Source: Felis catus
Taxonomy: Eukaryota
Direction: 5' to 3'
Assembly (NCBI RefSeq): GCF_018350175.1
Contig: NC_058368.1
Coordinates: 112,408,001 to 112,472,000, forward strand
Length of the DNA stretch: 64,000 nt
Positions 13,416-26,927 of this stretch are shown in pieces. A program made the translations under genes and the position numbers. The notes under the pieces were generated by a model. The model searched no databases. It worked only from the letters and a program-made list of their open reading frames with translations, and was not told the origin of the DNA. Positions within the stretch are counted from its first letter, which is position 1. Each line of letters starts with the position of its first letter.

Positions 13416-16400
13416 GACACACTTGTTACCTCCCCCGCCTGCCTCCTTTAAACTGTAAGTAACTGAAATGTTTCAGTGGAGGCTGACCTGTGTCTGCACG
13501 CACCAGTGCCATGTGCCGTTAGCTGCTGACAGTGCCCTGAAGATGAAATAGTCCACAAGGCCTAGGGGCCTGTTCCAGAGTGCTTATTGGTTCTGAAGTT
13601 TGGAAAGTGCTATATGGAAGATGGGCTTTTTGAAAAGGACCCAAATTCAAATGTTAGGATATTTAGATTTCTATACAATGGAAGGGTGGAGAAGGATGGT
13701 CTTAAATCGAATGATCAAGAAGGCATTTTCCTTGGCCATTAAGAATGGATGCACAGAAAAGCAACTCTTCCGGGCTCTTGTAGGTCTCAGAAACTGTAAG
13801 GTGCTAACGAGAACCAGAAACCCAGACTAGCAGTATGTCTGTCTCTGGTTTGGGGTTTGATGAGTTGCAGTCTACCTTGCTGACTTGGCTTCCCTCCCAA
13901 CCAGATGATGAATCACCTCTTCTGGGAAGAATCCCAAACCCCCTCCACTCCTCTCACCCTCGACCGACTAGCCAGCCACCATCCCCCCCTCGCCCCGTGT
14001 GGTTGGGTACTTTCCTTTGGAGCTCCTTTCTATGGAGCCATATATTAAGCACTTATTTCATTGTATATACGCCTGGCTCCCCCACCAGACTGAGTGCCTC
14101 ATGGACGGGGAATGACTGAGTCATTTCTGCAACTGCCACAGGCAGCCCGTCGCTGAGCTCGTAGCATGATTTCTGTGAGTGTTTGTACAATCAGTCCAGA
14201 ACCACTTTGTGGAGCGAGACGGTTGACCCATGCATCGGCAGTAGCATTTTTTTTTTTTTAATGACATAGAAAAATAGGACTTACTCAAACTACAGTTCAA
14301 CTGTGACTTCAGAAACGTGCTAATTAATCCGGACACATCTTTTCTACAGACTCTGGGGGTCATTTTAATTCTTTTGTTGTCCTGGGATTCTGTTGTATTA
14401 AATGTTAATCTAAGTGACTGCGCCGTTAATTTGAAGAATTCTCAAGGACAGAGAATTGATGTTTGATCAGTAATTTAAAGAGGAATAAAAGGAAAGTTTG
14501 GGTTTTGTTTAAATGAGACTTGCCGAAGTGTTGTCGTATGTGGGGTTGTGCCAGGCACCCCAAAGAATTATCTTTCACTTCTTATGTTATACACTTTTAC
14601 GGTGCTTTAAGAGAAATGAGGGCTCAGAATACATAGTCCATCCGCAGTGTGAAATGTATTAGGAAAGAAAACGATCTGTCTTGCCAGCCCAAGAGTCAGA
14701 CAGAGGTCATTGCTGGAGTACGGGAGGCTGCAAAGAGGGGTCTAGATAATTAAAGAGGAATGATGAGGCCTTGCCAGTGCTTGCTGCAGTATGTTTAAGA
14801 GTCCACATGTGCTGAGACCATAAGTTAGCTCTGGGAGCCTAGAGGCTACCTGATGGTAAATTGGGTGCAGGTGGGAATGTTCCCTTTGGGAGGTCCCAGG
14901 CCATGGGGAGCCCAATGTCAGTGCTGCAAACTCCCTCAGGTGTCTGAGTAAGCCGTGGGGAAAAGACAGGGATGTGCTTCCCCCAAATTCAAGAAAGCAA
15001 TTCTCGTCTTGCCCATGCCAGCTGAGTAGCATTTTTATTTGGTCAATGCAAATTCTGGAGACTTCATCAGAGGACCCTGCAAGTGGCTAATCTGGAGGAG
15101 CAGCAAGTCACTGCTATGGGAGCAGGTGGGTAATCCCTTCCCCTGTATCTGGGAGGCACGGGCTCATCTAGATTCACCAAGCAGTAAATACAGATGGTTC
15201 TTTCTGTAGGCTGGGAGTGGCCTAACGGTAAGGTTGTTGAGGGGTGCTAAATAATTCTAGTTGAGTCACTCAAAGGAACACAGATTTCATGGTGAAGACA
15301 AACGATGGTTCCACAGCTCAGTCCTCTGCCTCTCTGGGGTGGGAGGGAATGGCTCTGTGTCACCACTTTCCTCACCAAAGCTGCCTCATTCACCAGAAAG
15401 TCTGCTGGGGACTTGCAGGGGTTTGCTCAGTGAACATCTGTGCAAGCGAGAGAAAGTTCTAGAGCTTTCGAAAAGTGTGCAACTACACTGTCCGCCGAGG
15501 GGCATTCAACAGTGGTGTAGGCAGTGCGGCTGCTAGGACCTGGTGGGCCGTCTGTGCCCAAATGCTGACTCTTCCGCTTACAGCTTCATCACTTCTCTGG
15601 CAAGCTCCTTCACCTCCCCCAGCCTTGCCTTTCGAACATCTGTAAAACAGAAAAAATAACGATTCCCACCCCATAGGATTATGTTAAGGATGAAATGACT
15701 TAATGCACAGAAAGTACTTAAGACAGCACCTGCCATTGGTCAGCTAGGAGTGGTGTGCAAACGGGTAAATAGTCCGTGTGTGCGCATACGTACAAGTATA
15801 GCCTGTGCACATGCGTGCACCTATGTGCCTTTCTCGGCTTCCCCATCGCTCTGAAGCTCACTATCTTTCTAGAAACAGCCTCATCTAGGGGATCCCCGGG
15901 CTAAACCCTGCTTTTGCTGTCTTGGGAAGCAGCAGTCCAAGCCCCTTTCCGTGGCTCCTCTCATCACAGCATTTAGGCCCTCAAGTCTTGGTGAAAGGTC
16001 AGGAGCCCCATGGGTGGAAGGCTGAGGAGGAAATGCTGGGGAAGGCTGGGAGTGGGAGGGAGCCGGCTCGGAGAGGCGGCTGGTGCTGACAGGTGGGCTC
16101 TGGGCCCAGCCTGACCGCTGCGTGAGGGGCGGGGCGGGTCCAGAGAAGTCAGTGTGTGTATCCCAGAACGCTGAAATGCGGAGTAATTTTGCCTCCATTT
16201 CAGGGTAAAGGTGCTGATCTAGAGAACGAGCATGTTCCAAAGTGTGCCAACCAGCAGGCAAGATGTGTCTGTTATCTCTCAAGCTGTCTGGCCTGCACAA
16301 ATCACCTTCTGTACCATGGATTCAAATGTCCTGAGGCCTTTTGGGGGAGGCAGAGTGGGGGCAGGATCAGAGCATTTCTTAGGCACTTTCAACATGGCTC

Positions 16401-18602
16401 TCAGGATGGCTGCTGTAGAGCCACATCTCTCGATGGCTGCAACCTCTTCCCCCTTCTGATGGTCACACAGCTTGCGGCTGAGGAAGTGGAGGCTTTCGCT
16501 GCATTTTAGCACGCGGTGGGGGGGGGGGCAGTCAAAATCAGGATGTGACCTTGGGAGGGAAGGTGGGGAGGGGAGCCAGGACAAACATTTTTTTAAGCCC
16601 CTTGGTTTCTGCCTGACTCTGAGGGCCACTTAAATCAGAATCCTAGCTGCGTGGAGGAACCATCAGCTAAAGTGGTGTCCGTCTCCGCTTACTCCAGACC
16701 CATCCGTTGCAATGGGTGGGGGTTGCACCAGAAGGGATTTAGGCTGGGCCTTCCAAAACACAGACAGCAGTCAATTACTGAGGCTGTAGCTGTTAACTGG
16801 GCTCTATGCGGAGCTATTCTGAAGTTCTAAAAGAAGAGCCTGTGTAAACACTTGGGCTAAGTGTCATGGCAGGCCTAAGGGCTGACATGGGAAAAGAGAG
16901 CCTCCCTCAAGTGGGAAGTCCAAGGAACGAAGACGAGATGATAACACAGCATCCCAGAAAGGTTACGGAATCTGCCTGAGGGCACACAGCTTCTCAGGAG
17001 CAAAGCTGTTCTTACGTGAGTGGAGACCAGGAGGAGCCCAGTGCTCTGCATAGCGGAAGCAGAAGTGGGGCTGTGTGGGGTGTGGGCTGTGTGCTGTGTG
17101 CCTTGCCCCGCAGGAGCCAAGGCTGATGTCAAGATACGTGGGAGAGCAGGCTAGATCCATCAAAAGGAGGCATTCTATAGGAGCCTTAGCGGCCAGGCAC
17201 AGCAAAAGAACGGCAATGCGTGGAAAGTAACTTTGGGTATAGGGATTATGGATGGGATCAGTTTTATTCTATGATCTTGCCTTTTCAGTGTTTTCCAAGC
17301 TCTGTATAATCTGCATGCATTCTTTTTTTAACCAGAAAAAAAAAATGTCCATTAAAATGAAAGAAAACAGACCGGGAAGTCTGGATTTTCTCTCATAAAC
17401 AATAGAAGCCATTGGGCGTGTCCTAGGAGATCAGTGTTTCCAGAGAAGCGGTATTTGGGGAAGATAAGGCAGGCAGTGTTGGGAAAGGTGGATGGTGGCA
17501 GTGAGGGTAGGGTGTCAAGGAGACTGGCTGGGGACTGCTGCTGGTGAGAAGTGAGGCAGTGGGGTATTTGAGTGCTACCTGGGGGAGCAGAAACATCTGG
17601 AGAGGTGTGGAAAGAATGCTTGGAGGGTCTTGGTGACCGTTTGCACGTGGGGGGCAAGAAGAGGGAAGAGGCAAAACTTGATGTGGGGTTTCCAACCCTG
17701 GGCGGTGCCCTTGGCAGGAATATAGAAGCCAAGAGGAGTCGGACGAAGGAGAGGAGTGGGACAAAGCAGCCATTGGGGCTTGCTGGAGTTTGGAATGCAT
17801 TGCCTTTGGGTGATGTCTATTTTTTTGAGGCCTTTGCCCTCCAAGCAGGAAAACTTGAGGGGAGTAGAGAAAAGGCATGGGTAAGCTTTGTGTCTCAAGT
17901 TCCCTACTGTGGGTATCACTCCTCGAAAGTATTTGAGGTCAGGCAACCTCAAAAGTGCCTGCGGATTCTTCTAGGAGATTTTATCTGAGCCAAATCAATG
18001 CAACTCTCGTGTGAAAAATCCATTTCCCTGGAAAATGAAGTTGGGTTCTAACCAACAAGTAGTAGCGTTTGGCAAGCCCTGATTAAGAAAGCCAGTGTTT
18101 GGAGAAGTTGTGACAACAGCCAGTCATTTAGGAAAGTAAACACTGGGGACCTCATGCCATTTTAGGGCTGTGACAGTTGATTCTGTCCCCTTCAGATGTA
18201 GAGACTGACGCTGCAGGTTTAAGTGCTTGCTGTTACCAGCCTGTGGACCACCCAGGCCCCCTTTGCAGGCTTTGAAAAGCAAGAAGAATTGAAGGTGACC
18301 CCGACCAGACACAGTTTCCTTTCCCTGTCCATTGTGGAGAAGACACTGAATATCTAACAACTGCACTTAGCAAAACAAAAGACAAACCACCTGCCAGTCA
18401 CCAAGGTATCTTGACCGACTTTCAGAAAGTCAGCTGGGCTCAGTGCAGCAGCCGACCACTTTCCAACGTCGTCATGTTGCTGGCAAAAATTGTCGGGTGT
18501 CTTTCTCTTTGTCGATGTCTGTATTTCTTAAAAAGCTTTACATGAATTGAATCGTAGTTTAAATTCATCTGAGCTTTACCCGTTTAACCTAAAACGCCAC
18601 TG

Positions 18603-18718
18603 GCCTGTGTTTCTCAGACTTTGACATGCACACAAATGACCTGGTGATCTGTTAAATACAGTATCTGACGGGGGGTGGGGTGTCTAAGATTCTGCATGTG
18701 TTCCACACGTTCTCAGGG
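18603..18718. mobile_element. MER5-like DNA transposon remnant
   Basis: tttctcagactttgacatgcacacaaatgacctggtgatctgttaaatacag...gggtgtctaagattctgcat resembles MER5A. Confidence 0.5.
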
Positions 18719-20089
18719 GCAAGGTTCTGGTACGCCCTTGACAACCCAAATCCAAATTCCCCAAATGGCACTGCAGTAACCCCTCAATTTTAGTAGACAG
18801 GGCTGTTTCTTGCATTTGTCAGGGGGATAGAGAATTGCTGTGTGAAGTACTGTTCTAAATGCTGTGTGTTGTACAAAGAATGGAACCTTTCCCCCACACG
18901 TGACTCATGTGTTCCTTTAAGTTGGATATCTCATGCCAAAGCTCGTCCTTCTTTCTCCCCAGCAAGTCTTAGGGTGCTGAAGAGCTAATTCGCTACATGG
19001 CGGCAACTTTTTTAGGCCGAGTGCCCTCTGGAAATTATTTTGGCCGTGTCATCTGTCCCCACTGATGCACAGACATCACCAGGAACTCTGGGGAGGATGG
19101 CCAGAGGGAGGTATGAAGTGGACCAAGCTGCGAACACCAGCTCTCCCACCCACGGACCCCCAAACCAGTTTCTCTCGGTTTCCTCTGTGGGGAACTTGCT
19201 GGAACCACTAATTCGTCGTGATGTTTAAGGCGCGTCGTCAAGCACAACAGGGTTATTTTCAAAAACTGAACCGTTTTTGGTGATCTTACATGAGCCACAG
19301 AATGTGAAAGTAGTCATTTTTATAAAGTGCCTGAAAAAGCCTAGTAATTATTGTTCCAAACAAGCCGGTCTTTCTCTTCAGTTTGTCTGACATGGAAAGA
19401 AAAAGAAAATCCCTTCCAAGTGAGCGGTCTTTTAGTGAGCTGTGCTCGCCCTGGCTGGATCCAGGTCAGCGGGGATGGGGGACCCCTGCTTTTCTCTCCA
19501 GTTGCATCTTGTCCTGTGGTCCAAAAACACCCCTCCAAGCAGCTGTCTCTGGTGGGAGAGCATGTTTACAATCACGGCGCTCTGTGTTTTACAGTTTCCG
19601 AGAGGGGCAGTGGTGGGCAAGAACGGGATTTATTTTTTACTTACATCTAAACAGTCAATGAAATATTACTGTAATCTCTTACTGAGCTCATGGAAAAACT
19701 CAAGTCATCGAATGTTAGTTTTACAGATGAGGGAAGTTTTATAGCAACATTACCTGACTGGCTCCAAAGCCCGTAAATCTTGCTACAGGGAGAGTTAGGC
19801 TGGGAAAGCAGGGCTCCCGGGCTCTTACACACGAGATGCATCTTCCCTAAAACTGCGATGCAGCTAATGCTCCAGCCCCGGGGGAAATTTCAAGCCTGGG
19901 CTTGGATCTCTTTGAGTGCTTCCTAATGTCCTGTGCCAAGCAGTCATGTTGAAACAGAGAAACGTTCTGCTTGAAATTAATTAAAAGATCATTTTCACAT
20001 GATCGCTTCTAGAGTTGTTAATCAGTGACCTCTATTATATAAAACAGTTACTGGGGAGAAGTAAGCAACTCATATGCATCGACCACTTG

Positions 20090-20270
20090 ACTTGAGTTAT
20101 ATTATAATCTACCCTAAGTCCTATGGGGTAGTTTTGATGATCATCTCTATGAGATAAGTAGCAGTTGAAGCTCAGAGGAATTGACCAGCTTGCCCAAGGC
20201 CACACAGCTTATAAGGAGCTGGGATTTGAACTCATGCCATCTGCCTCCAGAGCCTGTATTCAACAGCTTT
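20090..20270. mobile_element. MIR
   Basis: gaagctcagaggaattgaccagcttgcccaaggccacacagct...gggatttgaactc core. Confidence 0.65.
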
Positions 20271-20731
20271 GTTATACTGGTGTCATTACTCAGGCAAGAC
20301 TGGCTGTGTACATGGTGGAATCTGCGTGGGGACAAACGTGAACCAGCTGCAAACCTGAACCATCAAGCAAAATTGCCAAGGGCTGCTTCCTCCCTTTCCT
20401 TCCCAGAAACTTCCTGTCGTTTCTTACCCTACCCTTCTTGTCAAAGCCACCCCAAATTTACAAAGGAGTTATTTTACAGCAGCTCATACTCAGATGCCAA
20501 TCCATGGAGGCTGCTGTGTGCTCACACCTCAGCCCAGCCAATGCAGCCTTCCCAGCTGGTGATCTGAGAGGCCATCCATCTTGACTCAGTGAGTGGGGTC
20601 ATTGCCAAAGATACCTCTCTCTTTGCTTGACCACTGGCTGAGCAGAAAGTCAGCAGATAGGATTTTTTGATAGGAAAATCACCAAAATAGTTCTTCCTAT
20701 GCTGCTCTCTGGATTTTCTCCCAGAGGCTCC

Positions 20732-21021
<290 letters not shown>

Positions 21022-22559
21022 AGAAAAAAGAAATGATAATAAGCACCACGATGAGGAAAGAACTCATAGATAAAGTGGAGCTAAATCCTAGGGGCCCAAA
21101 CCCAGAACCTAGGGCAGCAGGAGAGACATTTTCCTCTCTCAGAAATTTGTTTTCAGGAAAGTGCATTTATTCCAGACTGAAGTGTGTATTTGATAGTGCT
21201 CCCCAGTGAGCAGAATGAGCCTCATCTGGACAGAGATAGGCAAAGGGAATATTTTCCCCAAAGTGGCAGAGGTCCCCAGCACTGAGCCTGGCCCCCACAG
21301 ATAGCCAGCAGAGTGAATGTCCCAACCCTCCCTTCTGGGGAGGTGGGGAGGGGAGGAGACAAGGAGGGCATCAGGGAAGGTCAATGTCAGGACCACTCCA
21401 GATCACCTCCTGGTCTTCAGGGCAGAAGACACAAGTGGGGTTTCCCGGAAACTATAGCCTTCTGGTCTTTGGCTTCCTGAGTGCCAGCCAGAGGCTAGAA
21501 GCCGCTTAGTGATAGGATCCAGCTGGAACTCTGTGCCCCAGTTGACAGTGGTGGTAGCTCTGTGAAATCCTCCTCTCCATTGGCCTCCCTTCAGGGTTTC
21601 TTCTCTGCCTGCTTCTCTGCCTCTCAGATGGATCCTTCCTCAAGCTCGGACCTGCTTCCTCGCCTCCCTTCCCCTTGCTCTTCCTCCTTGTCTTTTCCAA
21701 CGCAGGAGCTGCAGAGAGCTCACCTAGTCCACGGTTTGGCCACCACCTGCTGGTGTGCTGACTCAAATCTGCATCTCCAGGCCTCAGGATTCCCCTGGCC
21801 CCCCGCCCTGTGAGGGCAGGTCTGTACTGGGCCTCTCCATCTGGAAATGCAGTGGGCCCAGAAGGCATGATGTGGACACACCCGGACTCATGGTTCACTC
21901 CCCACTGGCACCTCAGTGTGCCCTTCCCGGGGTGCTCATCATGTATCCAGTCTTCCGAGCCTCAAGCCTTGGTTAACTCTGACTACCCCCCTCCCTCCCT
22001 TACCCTCCAGTGCCCACGGGGTTTCCAAGTCTAGTCAAGGCTACCCTGAAATCTCCCTGCAACCTGTCCTCCCCTCTCGACTCCCTCTGTTCCCCCAAGT
22101 CAGGCCCCCAATAGCTCTTCCTGCCCCTTCCCCAGGCCCTCAACTGCTCTGCTCCCCTCCTCTCCTTGCACCCCACACTCTGATGACCCCTTCTTCTCTT
22201 TCTTCTTCCTTTCCACCAGCATTCTAACATGTACAAGCCTCTCTTGATTTTGTCTTCACCTGACCTCCGTCCTGACTCTCCCCTTCCCTTCCCAGACAGG
22301 ATTCTTGAGAAGAATCTTCTCTACTCCATACTCGTGTCACCACTCCAACCACCGCAGTCTGGCTTCAGCCATCCTGCTGCCCACAACCAGGTCCCCAGGG
22401 GCTCTCTGTAACACGGCAGGCTGAGTCTGTCATGTATACAGTAGTGCTGCTAACAGCCCCTCCTTGTGGGGCCCCCTCCCCAGAGTAGCTCCACACTCCC
22501 CATCTCCTGTCCCTCTGTCAGCTGCACTACCTGCCTGGTGACTGCTCTGTGCCCTGCCT

Positions 22560-23460
22560 CCTCCCCATCATTGCTGTCACCCACCTGCTGCTTTGCCTGC
22601 CCTCCCCCAGAGTTCAGGGACTCCTGCAGCTTCAGCTTCATGCAGGCCCAGGGTGACGCCCACGTGGGAATCTCCACACCCCAGCCCCCCCAGAGAGCCA
22701 CATCCCACATCCAGCTGTCTGTGGGACCCTCCACTTGGATGAGTCACAAGCACATCAACCTGAGAGGATCCAAAACCACTTACCCTCTCCTGGAAAACCT
22801 GCAACCCCGTCCGTGTCCCTTATTCTAAAAATGGTATCACCACCCGCCTAGATGCCCATGCCAAGAGCACCTTAGTCATTGTGCCTCCTCCTTCTCCCCT
22901 TCTTACGTACAGCGTCCAAGTCCTGCTGAGTGTGTTACCTCCTCCACACCCCTGGAGTTTGTCCGCCTCTCTGAATGCCCACCTCCACCACTATTGGTCC
23001 AGCTCTTACATGGTCCCCCTCCTAGTCACCTGACCTTCCCACCCCAGGCTCGCCCTGTTTTGCCTGGGCCTCTCCCAGCCTGTTCCTGACACTGATCATG
23101 TCACTTGCCTGCTTTTCCGTCACCTGCACGACTCTTAGTTTGGGTCTGGGTCCTGTGACGTGTCATCCCGCTTCCTCTCTCCTTGACCTCCCTGTTCCTG
23201 AATGCATGCCGTGGTTGCCTGGCTAACTCCTTTTCACCCTCAGGCCGAGGAACAGGTGTCACTTCCATAGAGCCAGGGGTCTCCTCCCGGCCCCCCAGGC
23301 CCCAGCTGCCACTCTCCATGGCACGGTATTGGCTCAGGGATCTCCAAACGGTGAGCTTTTTCAGAAAGAGCCTCGATCTCCTTTGCTAGCACGTCTCTGT
23401 CTCCCCAGGGCTACCAGTGCCAGGTAACTGGTGAGTGATTAATAGGTGTTTGGATGGATA
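22560..23460 (+). mobile_element. Degraded LINE2
   Basis: Pyrimidine-rich sequence with ctccacttggatgagtcacaagcacatcaacct and a terminal attaataggtgtttggatggata, both L2-like. Confidence 0.45.
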
Positions 23461-23869
23461 CTTAGCTCCCTCCCATGTGACTGTCTGCTTAGGCACTCTG
23501 CGCTGCTCCGGGCCAGGAATCTTGCCCCTTCTTCCATCTCTTCACAGCATCCATCTGGCGCGTGGTGCTGCAGAGACGTTTACTTAAAGAGAATGAGTGT
23601 GTACCAAGGCGAGGGACCCCACCCTTCTCCAGGGTTTCCAAGGGTAGCTTAGCGTCTAACAAAACCTGCCCCGTGTATTTTTAGCTTCTGGCAGTCATAA
23701 GGTTTACTCCTTATCTGTCTGCCAGTTAGCAAGCCCTGGGGTGAGTGCTCTTCCCGAAATGCAGAGGCCGAGTGTGATGGGAGTGCGGTGGGCATCAGCG
23801 GTGCCCGTCGGTCACCCCTCTCCCCCAGAGTTTTGTAGCCTCAGACCAGGGAGGGACGTCGGAGCTGGG

Positions 23870-24440
<571 letters not shown>

Positions 24441-26720
24441 GGTGGGGGACCTGGAGGGCAAGCCCGTGGCACGGGCTTCGTAGAGGAAGGGGTGGGAGAA
24501 CTGAGCGGCAACACCGGCCCTCGGGACAAGAGCACTGGACGACCGAGGCTTTCAGCTTCCTCTCCCAGGGGTAGGAAGGGGGAGTTGGCGGCCGTGCCCA
24601 GAATAACCGTGGAAAGGTGGCCAGGGCAGAGAGGAAGCCCACCTGCAGGGCACATGGTCCAGTGCAGCCAGGGCCTTGTCCAGAGAGAGCCTACAGATGT
24701 GGCACTGGAGCCGCACAAGGTGGCACCGTCCAAAGGCTCCGCGCCCACCACCTGGCTCCAGGCAGTGCTCACCAGGCACCCCAGGGGCCGAGCGGCACCT
24801 CCTCCCCTGCCAGATGAAGAGCAGAATTCCGTGGGCCTCATGCACGCTGTGTAGACTGGGAAACTGAGTCCAGAGAGGACTCATCCCTTTTCTCTAGTCC
24901 TGCCCTGGAGCCAACACTGGAATCTGCCTTAAAACATTAACTGGGGTCATAAATGTGGCACATGATCCTCGCAGATATTCCTTTGAGACACTGACACTGA
25001 TGTGTTGGCTGAAGGAGGCAAACCCAGGCAGAGGGTCTGACCTGGTAAAGACACCAGCCCAGACCCAGGCAGGGACAGGTGATATTTCTACATCCCAGAC
25101 TAGACCATCCCACTTCACACTCACCCGGGCTTTGCCATAGCTTCCAGCCTGTCCCGTTGCACCAACTCTTTTTTCACAAATAAGTAAAACCATACGTGGA
25201 TAGAGTCATGCCACTGGGTCTGGCATTCGAACCCAGATGGTGCCCTGGGCACATGACTGGGCAGACCTGTACTCAGGTCAAAACTCACTGTTGGGGGTGA
25301 CTACAGGTGACTTCAGAGGCCTCACTATGCCTTGGCTCCCCACCCTTAGGAGTGCTCCAGGGGTGGGTGCCGGCTACCCCCCACAGAGAGCAGTTGTCCT
25401 TGGGCTTACCTGGCCTTTCAGGTGCCCAGGGCTGCGGGGAGGGGGATTTCTGCAGACTGGCAGGGTGAGCTGCGGCCTCAGTGCCCTCCTGGAAAGAGTA
25501 GAGCACGGGAGAATGTCCTGGGGTCTTTAGGGAAGGGGGAGAATCACCTTCGACTGTGGCTGTGTGTACAGAAGGGTGAGGGGGGCAGCTCAAAAAGTTG
25601 AGGGGGATCATAAGAGACGTAAAAGTCAAAAAGTGTGCGACTGGCATCTTCATTGTCTCTGCCCAGCTCACCTTTCCCCTCTTGCCTTTCTTGCCAAAGA
25701 AGCACGTTCTGTTTGGGTGCCGCAGTCTGCGTGGGAGGTTTCTGTTCCTTCTGTATGTTAGCCACTAAGTCAGGAGAAGGTCCCGATAGCATGCCGAGCA
25801 GCGCTGTCCCCCAGAGTGGGATCTCCATGCACACCACAGTGAGGCTTCCCCAAAGGTGTTGTCAGGGCTCCGCCAAGAGTCATCTCGATAGAGAAGCTCC
25901 TTCCCTTCAGAGCTCAGAAGAGACAATGACCAACTGAAAATTAGGACTCTTTTTTTTTTTTAACAAGGCGAGTGCTCTTTGTTATGGATTTCAGATATTA
26001 GCTCAACTTCCTCTGCACCCCTCTTCCCCATGCGCCTGCAGGCCAATCCTGTTGTTTTGCTTCTTGGGGGGTGCAAAGGAAGGCCTCTAGGAAGGCCTGT
26101 GGAGATCGGGGATGGGCAGAATGGTCTGGGAAGTCACACACACACACCCTCCCCAGTAAAGTGTGGGTGTGCAGGCAGGTGCACTGTGACCAAACGTTTG
26201 CAGGCACGGTTGCATTTCCTGTGATCTAACTGTCCCTGAGAATTCCGAGGGACTGCCTGGCCTTGCACATAGGTGTGGCACCCTGTGCAAAATGGGTAAC
26301 CCTGTTCAAGCCCCAACCCTTCATTCAAAGTGAGAAGTGGCGGAAAGGGAAGAAAAATCTGCTCTTTTCAGGCAATGCGGCATGCTCCAAGACGTGAAGG
26401 AGAACTAGGAAGTGTGCCTTGCCCACGGACAGCGTTTTATCACCCCACACCCCCACCTCCACCACAGCGCGGGAGATCTGTTGTTCGTGTTCCCATCTTA
26501 CAGGTGGGGAAACTGCAGCTTAGTGGGATGGAGTGACTTAGTCCCAACACGGGAAGCTGTTCGGAGAGTAGAGACTGTGATGTGACCTCTTGACTCCCAG
26601 CTGCATCCATGTTGCTACAGGGAGGGGAAGAGAAATACAGACAGAGAAGTAGAAACGCATTTGCACTTCTGACTCCCAACATCCAAAACTGGACTGGATT
26701 TCCTGAAGCATTTGAGTTTC

Positions 26721-26927
26721 TTTCTTTTTTTTAATGTTTATTTATTTTTGAGAGACAGAGCAGGAGTGGGGGAGGGGCAGAGAGCGAGAGGGAGACACAG
26801 AATCTGAAGCAGGCTTCAGGCTCCGGGCTGTCAGCACAGAGCCCGATGTGGGGCTCAAACTCACACCAGGAGATCGTGACCTAAGCTGAAGTCGGACGCT
26901 TAACCGACTGAGCCACCCAGGTGCCCC
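26721..26927 (-). mobile_element. SINEC_Fc (intron 1, antisense)
   Basis: Full SINE body; TSD gaagca(t/c)ttga(g/t)tttc. Confidence 0.92.
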
